NCBI GenBank assembly: GCA_048270425.1
Contig: JBLWSY010000007.1
Coordinates: 63,442 to 127,441 of the forward strand
Direction: 5' to 3'
Source of the DNA: Oceanospirillum sp.
GTDB lineage: Bacteria; Pseudomonadota; Gammaproteobacteria; Pseudomonadales; Halomonadaceae
DNA length: 64,000 bases
In this document: in pieces, positions 63,204 to 64,000 of the stretch
Numbering within the stretch: the first letter of the stretch is position 1
Layout: each line of letters opens with the position of its first letter
Notes under the pieces: generated by a model
Database searches by the model: none
The model's input: only the letters and a program-made list of their open reading frames with translations
Told to the model about the DNA's origin: nothing
Made by a program: the position numbers and the translations under genes

Positions 63204-64000
63204 TTATTTGGCTATATCGGAGCGGTTATCCAGCGGTTCGATCAGACAGAGATCCCGCCCTTGATTTTTGGCGGCATAGAGAAGGTTATCGGCCGCAGCA
63301 ATCACACTATCTAGATTTGGGCATTGCTTAGAAGGCATAATCACCGCTCCGACAGATGCAGTAATATTGCCGGAGTGGTGCAATGTTTGGTGTCCGATTT
63401 TTTTCTGAAATGTTTCAATTGCTTCCGATAGTGTCTGCCTGTTTTTATGGCAGATGATGACACCAAACTCTTCGCCACCGAATCGGAAGAGGTCGGCCTG
63501 CCACTCTCGCCAGAAATCTCGCATGCATTTAGCGAGTGCTATCAGAACCTGATCCCCGTCCTGGTGGCCAAAGCTGTCATTAACTTGTTTGAAATGGTCG
63601 ATATCGAGCAGGATAAATCCAATAAACTCGTCATGCTGGCGGCAGTGCTCAAGTCGCTTTTCATAGAGGCGAGGCAGACGCCGGCGGTTGAAAAGTCCTG
63701 TTAAAGCATCCGTGATGGCATCCTGCTTGAGTTGCTTGTTAAGTTCCGTCAGTTGAGCTGTTTTTTCTTCAACTAACTGTTCCAGCTGAGTGTTGTTCTC
63801 TTGCTGAAGTCGTAGGTTAGCTTCAAGAGCGCGTGTTTGCTGGCGTTTTAGCTGGTTTATCTTATCAACCATAGCCAGCGCCAAGACCAGCATCTCAATC
63901 AGAGAGCCAATATTTAAGCTGTTAGAGGTGACGCTGTTTGCTGGGATGATTGCCATAACCTGTGCGTAATAGATAAGAACGGAGGTAATTAGGATCGCCC
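63204..64000 (-). CDS. Diguanylate cyclase (GGDEF), with the N-terminal membrane part truncated by the window edge
   Basis: It has DALTGLFNRRR ... RFGGEEF. The reading frame stays open to position 64000, and the upstream residues look like the last TM segments of a 7TM sensor. Confidence 0.85.
   Translation of the reverse strand, partial: AILITSVLIYYAQVMAIIPANSVTSNSLNIGSLIEMLVLALAMVDKINQLKRQQTRALEANLRLQQENNTQLEQLVEEKTAQLTELNKQLKQDAITDALTGLFNRRRLPRLYEKRLEHCRQHDEFIGFILLDIDHFKQVNDSFGHQDGDQVLIALAKCMRDFWREWQADLFRFGGEEFGVIICHKNRQTLSEAIETFQKKIGHQTLHHSGNITASVGAVIMPSKQCPNLDSVIAAADNLLYAAKNQGRDLCLIEPLDNRSDIAK

Overview
This window looks like chromosomal core sequence from a gammaproteobacterium, about 50% GC. 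The synteny resembles Pseudomonadales/Oceanospirillales (gdhB next to a moxR/Bat operon, pyrD-rmf-rlmL, alaA-htpX, msrB, a tRNA Glu-Gly array); the taxon is an inference only. I support about 58 protein genes, 6 tRNAs, and several promoters, operators and terminators.

Gene content, in order:
- a YafQ/DinJ toxin-antitoxin pair at the left edge
- soxR with a textbook SoxR-box promoter driving a divergent VOC/glyoxalase-family gene
- blc, two LysR regulators (one paired with a PACE/AceI-like efflux gene), and a GFA gene
- a ParD-like small gene overlapping an extra type I methionine aminopeptidase
- four c-di-GMP turnover proteins plus a hybrid histidine kinase
- LOG, mtgA, murI, a Cache-type MCP and trmA
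- the six-gene MoxR-DUF58-DUF4381-VWA-VWA/TPR-BatD (Bat) operon
- the 1616-aa NAD-glutamate dehydrogenase gdhB, then pyrD, rmf, rlmKL and pdxB
- a TRAP transporter with a universal stress protein gene, then htpX, alaA, ylqF/rbgA and msrB
- a (tRNA-Glu-tRNA-Gly)x3 array

I saw no integrase, transposase, phage gene, CRISPR array or recognisable defence system. I cannot point to a clearly novel multi-gene system.

The candidates most worth a second look are:
1. The ParD-like/Map module (10.4-11.6 kb). It is translationally coupled, TA-like, and preceded by a perfect 19+19-nt palindrome.
2. A low-GC single-gene insertion between gdhB/DUF2835 and pyrD (39.0-40.0 kb).
3. An orphan SUFU-like immunity-type gene pair (16.6-17.9 kb).
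4. Unusual features inside the mechanistically unresolved Bat operon.

All family assignments come from reading motifs by eye. No database search was run.
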